64,000 bases of DNA from Macrostomum hystrix (GCA_950097015.1 CATNEN010000009.1:558001-622000); one strand, 5' to 3'; numbered from the stretch's first letter, positions 1-12,592 are shown. Translations and numbers: made by a program. Notes: generated from the sequence alone by a model not told the origin.

Positions 1-1274
1 AGAGCCGGTTCCGCTCCCAAGCGTCCTCACCGGCATTCCTCAGCAACCCGCCGCTCCCCCCAGGCCGGTTCAAACCGCTTCCCTGCTGTAAGTTGGCTAC
101 CTGAGCTGCACTCACAGACCGCAGAATTGCCCTCCCACCCTCCCCGAGATATGGGATAATGGCAGCTGGCCTTCCCAGCCTCCTGTATTTTTCTTTCTCC
201 CAACCTCCCTCTCTGTTCCCGAGTCTCCCAGTCCGCGGGATCATCTTCCTATTGCGGCCGCTTTGAGGAGCCGCAGCTCCGAGCCTGTCGGCTCCAGCTC
301 AAACAGGACCTGCTCACATCGACCAACCGGAAGTTCGCCGGCACGGGCACGAGACAAAAAACCTCTGCGGGCTCTGCTCGACAGACTGGAGGGGGTGTCT
401 GCTCCCCTTCCCTTCCTTCCCTGCCCTGTCGAACTATCGAGCTGCCACGCCCAAAAAGTGACTCGAACCGCCCACCTCACGAGATTTTCTCGTCCTTCGT
501 CTCGTGAGCCAGCCTCCCCAAACTGCCGGCTCCCATGGGCTCCCCATGGCAGGTAATCACAGGCTCCCACAGATTGGACGGGTCACAAAAATGCGGCTTG
601 TGAGCATCCGCGTGTCAGCCGCACAGCTAATAGCGGTTCCGAGCCAAGGGTGTTGCTAAAAATAGCATCAGCCCGTCAGCCCAGCTGCATGGGCCTCGAC
701 GCTGTTGCCTCTGCGGCAGACGTCGCTGCTTCACACCTGTTGTGGGTCAGAACCTCATCCGGCGCCCTACAAGCCACACAATGAGACAGCCCTTATCCCT
801 GCCGACGAGGAGGGGAATTGAAACACTGCAATGGGCGTTTCCCGACTCGCCCTGCATCCCCCAGCCAGGTCCCGTTTGAGGTTCTCGGCTCGCCTCTCAT
901 TTTCGGCCGCACAACAAAGGCAATGACAGGGCAGGAAGCGGCCACGGAGCAGCAGGTGGCGGGGCAGCCACTTTCTAACTCAGCAGCGTCTCACGGGGCG
1001 GTCCCCTCCCAGTTGTGTGTGCGTCACCTGAGTGATTTCATGTGAGCAGTGCGTGAGCTCGGGCTGGTTCGTTTTAATTGGAACGGCTCCTATTTAAAAA
1101 GTACATACTCGGTTGCTGGATTTTTAAGTGCCAGCCTGTGTACTCAGTCAGGCCGAAAAATGCCAACTCCCCCATCCAATGCACCCGCACCGCAGAGGCC
1201 GGCCAACAATGGAGACACCGCCTGTTCGGAAAAATCCCCAGACTGCGGTTCGCTCACCTACCTGGTGAGTTGGT

Positions 1275-2345
1275 CGGAGAGAGATGGGACTCCGGGAGTG
1301 GGATGGGATTCTTGGAGTGGGATGCGATTCTGGGAGTGGGATGAGATTCTGGGAGTGGGATGGGATTCTGGGAGTGGGATGGGATTCTGGGAGTGGGATG
1401 AGATTCTGGGAGTTGGATGGGATTCTGGGAGTGGGATGATATTCTGGGAGTGGGATGGGATTCTGGGAGTTGGATGGGATTCTGGGAGTGGGATGGGATT
1501 CTGGGAGTGGGATGAGATTCTGGGAGTTGGATGGGATTCTGGGAGTGGGATGGGACTCTGGGAGTGGGATGGGATTCTGGGAGTGGGATGGGATTCTGGG
1601 AATGGGATGGGACTCTGGGAGTGGGATGGGACTCTGGGAGTGGGATGGGATTCTGGGAGTGGGATGGGATTCTGGGAGTAGGATGGGACTCTGGGAGTGG
1701 GATGGGACTCTGGGAGTGGGATGGGATTCTGGGAGTGGGATGGGATTCTGGGAATGGGATGGGACTCTGGGAGTGGGATGCGATTCTGGGAGTAGGATGG
1801 GATTCTGGGAGTGGGATGGGATTCTGGGAATGGGATGGGATTCTGGGAGTGGGATGGGATTCTGGGAGTGGGATAAGATTCTGGGAGTGGGATGAGATTC
1901 TGGGAGTGGGATGCGATTCTGGGAGTAGGATGGGACTCTGGGAGTGGGATGGGACTCTGGGAGTGGGATGGGACTCTGGGAATGGGATGAGATTCTGGGA
2001 ATGGGATGGGACTCTGGGAGTGGGATGGGATTCTGGGAGTGGGATAAGATCCTGGGAGTGGGATGGGATTCTTGGAGTGGGATGCGATTCTGGGAGTAGG
2101 ATGGGACTCTGGGAGTGGGATGAGATTCTGGGAGTGGGATGGGATTCTGGGAGTGGGATGGGATTCTGGGAGTGGGATGAGATTCTGGGAGTGGGATGGG
2201 ATTCTGGGAGTGGGATGCGATTCTGTGAGTGGGATGGGACTCTAGGAGTGGGATGAGATTCTGGGAGTGGGATGAGATTCTGGGAGTGGGATGGGACTCT
2301 GGGAGTGGGATGGGACTCTGGGAGTGGGATGGGATTCTGGGAGTG
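1275..2345. repeat. 19-bp G-rich minisatellite (GGGAGTGGGATGGGATTCT)n, ~55 copies
   Basis: Direct reading of the sequence. The overlapping ORFs have a 19-aa period (3 units). The array starts just after a GTGAGT donor-like site at 1265, so it is probably intronic. Confidence 0.95.
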
Positions 2346-3074
2346 GGCTGTGGCCCTATAATGGCTTAGAATGGCGCTTGGGTTCGGTTAGAGACCGGGG
2401 GAGCTGGCGTCGGAGACTGAGAATTTCAGAAAGTTGTCGCCTAGGCCTTGAGCTGTCTGTGAGAACTGCCCGCGCACGCACGGGGGCCAGGATCGGGGTC
2501 TTGTGGTGATTATATTTTTATTCCTCACTTAGCTGGCATCTGATGAGGCCGCGGAATTAGACGGCACCCAGCCTCACCGCTGCAGCAGGAAGTTGTCATA
2601 AAAGCCCAGCAGCTCATTTGTCTTCTGCTCTTCTGGCGAAATTAATTTCTGCCACGTAGCGGAGCGGGGTTCGATTTTCACACGGAGGGAGGGCAGGGGA
2701 AACTGAGGCAGGGAGGGGGGGGAAAGGAAGGCAGAGCAGGAGAAGCTGGCGCCGTTTTCGGCGGAGACTTCTGAGCCGGTTCTCACCGGAGCAATGCAGC
2801 TGCACAGGGTTCACACGACTGGGGATCGTGCCAACTCGGATGGGGATCTTTCCGATTGGCTTTGAGGCCGTCTCATTGTGTGCCGCTATCGTGCAGGGAA
2901 GTTTTGAAACTTTCCTATCCGTTCTGAGCACTCAAATTAGGTACTGAACTCAGTTACTGAGTTATTAAGTTTGCAGAACTTACTCTCACTCTCTCCTCTT
3001 ATCATTCACACTCTCTCTTCTCATCCCTCCCCTCTCTCCTCTTGTCGATCCAAGTCTCTCGTGTAATATTTTCA

Positions 3075-3320
3075 CTATTACTTTTTCTACGTGGAACTCC
3101 CCTCTCTCCCCTTGACACTCCCCTCTCTCCCCAAGACACTCCCCTCTCTCCCCTTGACACTCCCCTCTCTCCCCTTGACACTCCCCTCTCTCCCCATGAC
3201 ACTCCCCTCTCTCCCCATGACACTCCCCTCTCTCCCTTTGACACTCCCCTCTCTCCCCATGACACTCCCCTCTCTCCCCATGACACTCCCCTCTCTCCCC
3301 TTGACACTCCCCTCTCTCAT
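3075..3320. repeat. 21-bp pyrimidine-rich minisatellite (GACACTCCCCTCTCTCCCC(A/T)T)n, ~11 copies
   Basis: Direct reading; 7-aa periodic ORFs on both strands. Confidence 0.95.
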
Positions 3321-3831
3321 CTTGTCCTTTCCTCTTGTCGATACCACACTCTCCACTGAACACACTCAACAGCCACCCCGCTCTCTCGTCTTTTCACTTG
3401 CCCTTCGTGCTCGTATAACTCCCATTCTCCTGTAACTGTAGCTCTGAAGTCTAGTATGTGCCTCCCGCTCTCGTGTTTTTTCACTCGAATTCTTGATTTC
3501 TCGACTTTCTTTCCTTCCTACCTGAACACACCTGGCACATTCCACTAATGGCCCGTCTCAAATGGGCAGCCCTCACTCACGTTACACTCGGTCACCGTTT
3601 CTCTGTCTCCGCTGTTAAACGCAATCGAGGGGAGAGCAAGATGACCTGAGCGCTCAGGAGGCTGAGCACTTTGCTCAGAGCTTTCGCTAGCGCTTAGGTT
3701 GCTGCTCCAGAACAGGAATTAGGTTGCTGCTCATAGCCGACACCTGCCTGAGTTCTAATCATCGCTACTGACAACCCACTTCCCTCGCACGTCAGCGCAG
3801 CCAGTGCAGCCAGCTCAGCCCCCTCCCGCAG

Positions 3832-6766
3832 GAGGTCATGCAACGCCTAGTCAGCCGCTATATCTACCAGACCAAAAAGGCCATGCGACAGGACGGAGTC
3901 AACGAGGACGACCTGCTGGAGATCAAGCAGGACATCTCCAGCTTGCGGTGAGGACCGACTGATCGCCTCATCCATAACACTGGGACAGCGCGCATCCTCA
4001 GGCAGCCAAACCCCCGTCAGATTCCTCCCATCGCCAGTTGAGAATCCCAACCATCTGATCCCCAGATTTAAGCTCAGTTGAGAATCCCGAAAATCTGATC
4101 CCCAGATTCGAGCTGAGTTGAGAATCCCAACCATCTGATCCCCAGATTCGAGCTGAGTTGAGAATCCCAACCATCTGATCCCCAGATTTAAGCTCAGTTG
4201 AGAATCCCGAAAATCTGATCCCCAGATTCGAGCTGAGTTGAGAATCCCAACCATCTGATCCCCAGATTTGAGCTAAAATTATTAGAATCCCAACCATCTG
4301 ATCCCCAGATTTAAGCTCAGTTGAGAATCCCGAAAATCTGATCCCCAGATTCGAGCTGAGTTGAGAATCCCAACCATCTGATCCCCAGATTCGAGCTGAG
4401 TTGAGAATCCCAACCATCTGATCCCCAGATTTAAGCTCAGTTGAGAATCCCGAAAATCTGATCCCCAGATTCGAGCTGAGTTGAGAATCCCAACCATCTG
4501 ATCCCCAGATTTGAGCTAAAATTATTAGAATCCCAACCATCTGATCCCCAGATTTAAGCTCAGTTGAGAATCCCGAAAATCTGATCCCCAGATTCGAGCT
4601 GAGTTGAGAATCCCAACCATCTGATCCCCAGATTTGAGCTAAAATTATTAGAATCCCAACCATCTGATCCCCAGATTTAAGCTCAGTTGAGAATCCCGAA
4701 AATCTGATCCCCAGATTCGAGCTGAGTTGAGAATCCCAACCATCTGATCCCCAGATTTGAGCTAAAATTATTAGAATCCCAACCATCTGATCCCCAGATT
4801 TAAGCTCAGTTGAGAATCCCGAAAATCTGATCCCCAGATTCGAGCTGAGTTGAGAATCCCAACCATCTGATCCCCAGATTTGAGCTAAAATTATTAGAAT
4901 CCCAACCATCTGATCCCCAGATTTAAGCTCAGTTGAGAATCCCGAAAATCTGATCCCCAGATTCGAGCTGAGTTGAGAATCCCAACCATCTGATCCCCAG
5001 ATTTGAGCTAAAATTATTAGAATCCCAACCATCTGATCCCCAGATTTAAGCTCAGTTGAGAATCCCGAAAATCTGATCCCCAGATTCGAGCTGAGTTGAG
5101 AATCCCAACCATCTGATCCCCAGATTTGAGCTAAAATTATTAGAATCCCAACCATCTGATCCCCAGATTTAAGCTCAGTTGAGAATCCCGAAAATCTGAT
5201 CCCCAGATTCGAGCTGAGTTGAGAATCCCAACCATCTGATCCCCAGATTTGAGCTAAAATTATTAGAATCCCAACCATCTGATCCCCAGATTTAAGCTCA
5301 GTTGAGAATCCCGAAAATCTGATCCCCAGATTCGAGCTGAGTTGAGAATCCCAACCATCTGATCCCCAGATTCGAGCTAAGTTGAGAATCCCAACCATCT
5401 GATCCCCAGATTTAAGCTCAGTTGAGAATCCCGAAAATCTGATCCCCAGATTCGAGCTGAGTTGAGAATCCCAACCATCTTATCCCCAGGTTTGAGCTGA
5501 GTTGAGAATCCCGAAAATCTGATCCCCAGATTCGAGCTGCGCGAGGACCGCAGGCGCGAGGTGCAGCGCTCCACTGGCCACCTCAACACCATCAAGCGGG
5601 ATCTTATCCGGACTCTTTCGTACGACTGCGGCCGTATGAAACAGGCCCAGCAGTTGGCTGAGCAGGCCCAGCAACAGCAGCACCAGCAGCAACAGCAGCA
5701 GCAGCAAATCCCCTTTATCGACGAGGCTGACGAGGAAGCGCCAGAAGCAGCAGTGTCAAGTACATTAGGGCCCACAGCGGCCGCATCCAGCGCTTTGGAG
5801 ACTCCGGCGAGTCTTGGAGAGCGGGTCGAGTTTGAGCGACTCAAGCGCGACTTGATGGGCGAGCTGCGGCGCCAGCTACGTGACGAGATGCGCTCAGCTG
5901 CACTGGAGCTGGCGGCTGCAGCTGCTGAGGCTGCAGCCACAGCAGCAGCGACTGCGGTTGCGGCGAAGGCTCGAGCTCCGACACCGTCTGAGCGGTTGTC
6001 GCCCGGACGCTCGACGTCTCAAGTTTTAGACCAAGTGCCTCTGTGTCAAGATCAACCGCGAGCCGCTCCCAGTCCCGCGATGTCCAGCAATGATGGCAAC
6101 CAGATCCACTTGCGAGAGACTCAGCCCCTGGGAGCTGGTAGCGCCACCAGGAGCCATCAAGCAAGTGCGGGCCATGTGATGCAGGCCCCAGCTGAGCCTG
6201 CCTCGCCTCTCAGATATGCAAGGCAATCGACTGGTCAAACACTTCCGCTGCGTCTCTCGACACAAGCATTTGGTCAGGCGACTCATGAACGTCAGGCTGG
6301 ACAACTGCCGATACAAACTGGGAGTCAGGATGCACGTCATCTGCCTAGTCACGTGACTTTGGGCCGACCAGCAGAGTTGCCAACGCAGAGATCTGCCCCA
6401 TCAGCTGGTCCTGCTGGTACCGCTGTCTTTCCTCAAGGTCAAGTTCAAGGTCAGCGAAGTCTCATGATGCAGCGGCCACTGCAAGTGGTCAGTCATTTGA
6501 CGGCTCCTGGAAGGCCGTCTATGCACTTTTCCGCGGCGGCTCGCTTCCAGATCCGCGCCGAACCAGTTGCTCCTGGCGCCATGGCTGCCAGCCGTCCTCC
6601 TTCTGTCACGAGCCGAGTAAACACCGGTCACGTGACCCGACCCGGTGACAGCCGGTCCCGCTCCCGATCGATGAGACGCCAGCAGCACCAGCACCAGCAG
6701 CAGCAGCACCACCACCACAACCAGCAGCAGCAGCACCACCACCACCAGCAGCAGCCGCAGCAGCAA

Positions 6767-6803
<37 letters not shown>

Positions 6804-6892
6804 AGTTCGATTCAGAGCAGCAGCAGCAACAGTTCGATTCAGAGCAGCAGCAGAAAAATGCGCGCAGGTCGCGAGTTCACACACAACTTTGA
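3832..6892 (+). CDS. TRPC: TRPC (canonical transient receptor potential) channel, last two coding exons
   Basis: Exon 3832-3947 encodes EVMQRLVSRYIYQTKKAMRQDGVNEDDLLEIKQDISSLR, matching the TRPC C-terminal coiled coil (consensus ...EIKQDISSLRYEL). It splices CG|GTGAGG to CCCAG|A at 5530 and continues FELREDRRREVQRSTGH in frame with ORF 5561-6892 (polyQ/H low-complexity tail). Upstream exons were not located; 1147-1264 is a candidate. Confidence 0.85.
4020..5539. repeat. ~40-bp intronic minisatellite with a 123-bp higher-order period; the unit contains the intron's acceptor
   Basis: Unit CTGATCCCCAGATT(C/T)(G/A)AGCT..TTGAGAATCCC(AACCAT/GAAAAT), ~37 copies. The last unit supplies the real acceptor CCCAG|ATTCGAGCTG. 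Confidence 0.95.
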
Positions 6893-7104
6893 GCAGCTGT
6901 ACTCAAGTGGGCATAAATATAGCTTTCCATGCACGTTTGTTTCTCTTACAGTTTTCGACACCCAGTGATTTTAGCAACAAATTAGGGAATAAGTTTGCGA
7001 CAGATTTAACCTTGAAAACTGAGAAAACCACTAGCAGTCAACTGAGAAATAAGATTTTTTGCCACAAGGAATTTTGGGTTCGGAATTTTGAAAATGAGGC
7101 AGCA

Positions 7105-7950
7105 ACCTCCTACTGATTGGTCGGTTATGCGGCAGTGACCTACTGAATGGTCGGTGATGCGGCAGTGACCTACTGAATGGTCGGTGATGCGGCAGTTACC
7201 TCCTACTGAATGGTCGGTGATGGGGCAGTGACCTACTGAATGGTCGGTGATGCGGCAGTGACCTACTGAATGGTCGGTGATGGGGCAGTGACCTACTGAA
7301 TGGTCGGTGATGCGGCAGTGACCTACTGAATGGTCGGTGATGGGGCAGTGACCTCTTACTGAATGATCGGTTATGGGGCAGCGACCTACTGAATGGTCGG
7401 TTATGGTGCAGTGACCTACTGATTGGTCGGTGATGGGGCAGCGACCTACTGAATGATCGGTTATGGGGCAGTGACCTACTGATTGGTCAGTGATGGGGCA
7501 GTGACCTACTGAATGATCGGTTATGGGGCAGTGACCTACTGATTGGTCGGTGATGGGGCAGTGACCTACTGATTGGTCGGTGATGGGGCAGTGACCTACT
7601 GAATGGTCGGTTATGGTGCAGTGACCTACTGATTGGTCGGTGATGGGGCAGCGACCTACTGAATGATCGGTTATGGGGCAGTGACCTACTGATTGGTCAG
7701 TGATGGGGCAGTGACCTACTGAATGATCGGTTATGGGGCAGTGACCTACTGATTGGTCGGTGATGGGGCAGTGACCTACTGATTGGTCGGTGATGGGGCA
7801 GTGACCTACTGATTGGTCGGTGATGGGGCAGCGACCTGCTGAATGGTCAGTGATGGGGCAGTGACCTACTGAATGGTCGGTGATGGGGCAGTGACCTCTT
7901 ACTGAATGATCGGCTATGGGGCAGTGACCTCCCACTGAGTGATCGGCCAT
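7105..7950. repeat. 30-bp minisatellite (GTGACCTACTGAATGGTCGGTGATGGGGCA)n, ~27 copies
   Basis: Direct reading; explains the HCPITDHSVG-repeat ORF 7006-7950. Confidence 0.95.
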
Positions 7951-8634
7951 GGGGTAGTTAATGTTGTATCTGGCCGCGGGTGCACAGTCGCCAAATGAGG
8001 CGCAATTTCCCGCAGCTGCCCTGCAAATTGTTATTTCGAGCGTATTTGCATGTTCCTCCGAGTGATTGCATCGTCCTCGAATTTCTCAACCGCTTTTTTC
8101 TTTGCTCACTTTTTCTTTCCTAAACGTGCTGTCTAGTTTTCAGAATTTCAGAAGCTTTCGCATTCAACCACTGCCTGTATTTCTGGCTGATGGCAATTCC
8201 AGACCTCAAGCATTGGAGAATGCTTCTTAGATCAAGTCGAACGCTTATAAAATAGTCAATAACTTTTACATTTTAAAACAATAATGGCATCCATTTGCTC
8301 ATATCTTACTCGTACTTACTGCAAAAAGCCTCATACTTGCACATTTTAAGTTTGAGAACATAAAGAAATGCAAAGCATGCTAGGCAGCGGCTTCATGGAG
8401 TCCTCGTGCACTCCTGGCTGCTGCGTGGGAAACTGTCACGGCTGTGCCTTGCGTGAAACATCTGAAAACAGAAGCATTGTGACTCATACTTTTAATTTCT
8501 TGCCGTGTAGCTCTGTGAAGCAAGTGCGAAAACATGCGAGCAGATAAGAAACAGTTTTTTAAATAGCTGCCTGAATTTCATGGAAACAAGGACAGTGGTG
8601 CTCTACCAAAGTCGGCGAAAACAACACGCTTTGA

Positions 8635-10385
8635 CAGCAGTCACAACAGCTGCACACTGACAGCAGTCACAACAGCTGCACACTGACAGCAGTCACAACA
8701 GCTGCACACAGACAGCAGTCACAACAGCTGCACACTGACAGCAGTCACAACAGCTGCACACAGACAGCAGTCACAACAGCTGCACACTGACAGCAGTCAC
8801 AACAGCTGCACACAGACAGCAGTCACAACAGCTGCACACTGACAGCAGTCACAACAGCTGCACACAGACAGCAGTCACAACAGCTGCACACTGACAGCAG
8901 TCACAACAGCTGCACACAGACAGCAGTCACAACAGCTGCACACTGACAGCAGTCACAACAGCTGCACACAGACAGCAGTCACAACAGCTGCACACTGACA
9001 GCAGTCACAACAGCTGCACACAGACAGCAGTCACAACAGCTGCACACTGACAGCAGTCACAACAGCTGCACACTGACAGCAGTCACAACAGCTGCACACT
9101 GACAGCAGTCACAACAGCTGCACACAGACAGCAGTCACAACAGCTGCACACAGACAGCAGTCACAACAGCTGCACACAGACAGCAGTCACAACAGCTGCA
9201 CACTGACAGCATTCTTAATTGCAGCGCTCTTTTGAGAGCAGTCACAACAGCTCCCACTGACAGCATTTGACAGCTGAACACTGACAGCAGTCACAACAGC
9301 TGAACACTGACAGCAGTCACAACAGCTCCCACTGACAGCATTTGACAGCTGCACACTGACAGCATTCACAACAGCTGCACACTGACAGCATTCACAACAG
9401 CTGCACACTGACAGCAGTCACAACAGCTGAACACTGACAGCAGTCACAACAGCTGCACACTGACAGCAGTCACAACAGCTGCACACAGACAGCAGTCACA
9501 ACAGCTGCACACAGACAGCAGTCACAACAGCTGCACACAGACAGCATTCACAACAGCTGCACACTGACAGCAGTCACAACAGCTGCACACAGACAGCAGT
9601 CACAACAGCTGCACACAGACAGCAGTCACAACAGCTGCACACAGACAGCAGTCACAACAGCTGCACACTGACAGCAGTCACAACAGCTGCACACAGACAG
9701 CAGTCACAACAGCTGCACACAGACAGCAGTCACAACAGCTGCACACTGACAGCATTCACAACAGCTGCACACAGACAGCAGTCACAACAGCTGAACACTG
9801 ACAGCAGTCACAACAGCTGCACACTGACAGCAGTCACAACAGCTGCACACTGACAGCAGTCACAACAGCTGCACACAGACAGCAGTCACAACAGCTGCAC
9901 ACTGACAGCATTCTTAATTGCAGCGCTCTTTTGAGAGCAGTCACAACAGCTCCCACTGACAGCATTTGACAGCTGCACACTGACAGCATTCACAACAGCT
10001 GCACACTGACAGCAGTCACAACAGCTGCACACTGACAGCAGTCACAACAGCTGCACACTGACAGCAGTCACAACAGCTGCACACTGACAGCAGTCACAAC
10101 AGCTGCACACTGACAGCAGTCACAACAGCTGCACACAGACAGCAGTCACAACAGCTGCACACTGACAGCAGTCACAACAGCTGCACACTGACAGCAGTCA
10201 CAACAGCTGCACACTGACAGCAGGCACAACAGCTGCACACTGACAGCAGTCACAACAGCTGCACACAGACAGCAGTCACAACAGCTGCACACTGACAGCA
10301 TTCACAACAGCTGCACACAGACAGCAGTCACAACAGCTTCCACAGACAGCATTCACAACAGCAGCACACTGTTGAGAGCAGTCAC
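8635..10385. repeat. 26-bp minisatellite (GACAGCAGTCACAACAGCTGCACAC(T/A))n, ~65 copies, with an internal ~700-bp duplication
   Basis: Direct reading. The same interruption ATTCTTAATTGCAGCGCTCTTTTGAGAG occurs at 9211 and 9910. Confidence 0.95.
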
Positions 10386-11380
10386 TTTATAGGCACATGT
10401 ACTCATTGTTGAATATTGTGTTCAAACAAAAAAACGAGTTAAGCCATGTCTAAGAAGAAAATGGGAACCCTTAAAACTTTTGCGAAAACACGACAGCCAT
10501 TGAAACTGAAACTGTACAAGAACAAAAACACTGTGCTAGTCCTCAAGTGTTTGTAGTGGATAAATTTGGTCTGTGCTATGGAATTTAGCCAGTCTGCATA
10601 GGCGATCTATTTTTTTAATTCAATTGCTGAAACCCCCGGCCTGCGGTCTGCAAGCTCGCACAGAATCTGGGTCAAGAGCAGAAAACGCCAACTTCAGCGT
10701 GCGCGTCAAATGGTCATAAATTCTGAATGCAAACAATTGCGGCTAATCACCTGTGAAACTAGCAGAACAGCTGATAGTTGCGTGTGCAATCAGCTCGTAC
10801 ATTATCACTAGAGAAGGTCACGGAGCATTGCACATCGGGTTGGTTGCACTGATTTCGTGCAGTTAAGAATTTCACCGCCTATTCAGAATTCTGGCAGGTG
10901 AGACAGAGCTGACCTCCTGATGTACCTGCCAGGCGGGAATGCTCCGGAAATGCTCAGCCTGGGATGAGACTGAACTGTGCTCAGAGCTCTGCTCTGATCA
11001 CGCAGCGGCAGCCTGACAGGCAGAGCAGATTTTGTCTTTCCACCCACGAGCGCTCGCTCGAGACTGGCGCGGCGCGGCAAAAGTGCCGGAACGCTGCACG
11101 CAGCGCTCTCCGCCGTAACACCCGATTGCAAGCGCACGCGGCGGCCGCCTGTTTCGGCAAGCCACTGATAAGATTAGGCGAACAATTAGCTGTTGCTACC
11201 GGGGCGGCGCGTCTTGAGTAGAAGTTGAGTAGTGTTACACTGCAGTTCGCTGAGCAGCCACACGGGCAGTACAGATGGGCCGACAACCAATTAGTATCAC
11301 ATGGAAGCATTCTTCACTCCAGCACATCTTTGTCTGAGAGAGTGTTTCCGCTGCTCGCACTTCAACTGTACGTTGATGAG

Positions 11381-11837
11381 TACTAAGAATTGAACCAGTT
11401 TGTTAAGGTCTTTGTGCACCATCTGTACATCACCTGGGTACTAAGAATTGAACCAGTTTGTTAAGGTCTTTGTGCACCATCTGTACATCACCTGGGTACT
11501 AAGTATTGAACCAGTTTGTTAAGGTGTTTGTACACTATCTGTACATCACCTGGGTACTAAGTATTGAACCAGTTTGTTAAGGTGTTTGTACACCATCTGT
11601 ACATCACCTGGGTACTAAGTATTGAACCAGTTTGTTAAGGTGTTTGTACACCATCTGTACATCACCTGGGTACTAAGTATTGAACCAGTTTGTTAAGGTG
11701 TTTGTACACTATCTGTACATCACCTGGGTACTAAGTATTGAACCAGTTTGTTAAGGTGTTTGTACACTATCTGTACATCACCTGGGTACTAAGTATTGAA
11801 CCAGTTTGTTAAGGTGTTTGTACACCATCTGTACATG
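11381..11837. repeat. 58-bp tandem repeat, ~8 copies
   Basis: Unit CTAAGTATTGAACCAGTTTGTTAAGGTGTTTGTACACCATCTGTACATCACCTGGGTA. Confidence 0.95.
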
Positions 11838-12120
11838 ATCTGGTGTTTCAACACCAGAGCGAACTTTCTGAAGGAGCCCTGAAGAAGGTGCCTGAATGTT
11901 ACCTGTGAGCAACAACCTGTGACCTGAGCCGATGCGTCTTACAACTTAGAATACATCTACACATTTGAAAATCGAACCACTATTACTATTAATTTTTTTA
12001 TTTAATGTTTGAATACTGCCAATTATTTAAGCATTTCTGAATCTATGGATTAGAATTACTATGGATTAGTAAGGCTTGGCAGTGATTGTGAGGAACTTAA
12101 ATGTGTTTAGTCAGTTTGAT

Positions 12121-12267
12121 CCACAGATACTAAAATAACTAATACAAAAATAATACTAAACTAAATACTAACTATACTAAACTAATGCTATACTATACTA
12201 TACGAACAATACTAACTATACTAACTAATACTAAAATACTAATAAAAAGTTATTTTAGTATCTATGG
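12121..12267. mobile_element. 147-bp MITE-like element with 20-bp TIRs and a 6-bp TSD (TTTGAT)
   Basis: Left end CCACAGATACTAAAATAACT; the reverse complement of the right end is CCATAGATACTAAAATAACT (19/20). Flanked by TTTGAT at 12115-12120 and 12268-12273. The interior is (TACTA)-like low complexity. Confidence 0.75.
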
Positions 12268-12592
12268 TTTGATCAGTGATCAAAACATTCTAGGCAGAAA
12301 TTAGATCTTTAAAATCTTTAACCCCAGAGCCAATGACGCGCGGGTGGGACCCGAGGTTTCGCCCCTTAGCTCAATGCTAGCAAGCTAATTCCGTGGGCGG
12401 CAATTCCACACTCGCCTGGACAAGCTCTCATTGGCTGGTCACTGGCGGTCGAGGCCTGGGGTGGGTGGCGCGCCCTACGGTATTTGACTGCGTGGCGCCT
12501 CTGCAGAAGCGCCCACATTGGCGCCAGCGCATCTTCCAAGAGCTTCATATTTCTCTGAACTGTTTGACACCGGCACCTGACACCGAGGCAAG

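Noticed and set aside
530-560. PMGSP, a Penelope-RT-like motif, in one frame
   Set aside because: No surrounding RT motifs or sustained ORF.
1049-2509. Long W/G/D-rich ORFs (WDGILGVGWDSGSG...)
   Set aside because: Translations of a stop-poor 19-bp array in several frames; no coding evidence.
2539-2580. CTGATGAG followed by a GCCG/CGGC stem (hammerhead-like); also TGATGA..CTGA at ~34609
   Set aside because: No GAAA core or stems I/III. The C/D-box spacing at ~34609 is too short for a snoRNA.
3998-5398. 466-aa minus-strand repeat ORF
   Set aside because: Antisense reading of the 123-bp higher-order repeat inside the TRPC intron.
7006-7950. 314-aa His/Cys repeat ORF (HCPITDHSVG)n, superficially metal-binding
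   Set aside because: Frame-preserving 30-bp minisatellite antisense to the region downstream of TRPC. No splice or start support, although expression cannot be excluded.
11278-11900. 58-bp repeat as an exon-duplicating array on the minus strand (MVYKHLNKLVQYL..CAG|GTGATG)
   Set aside because: No recognisable protein or consistent neighbouring exons were found.
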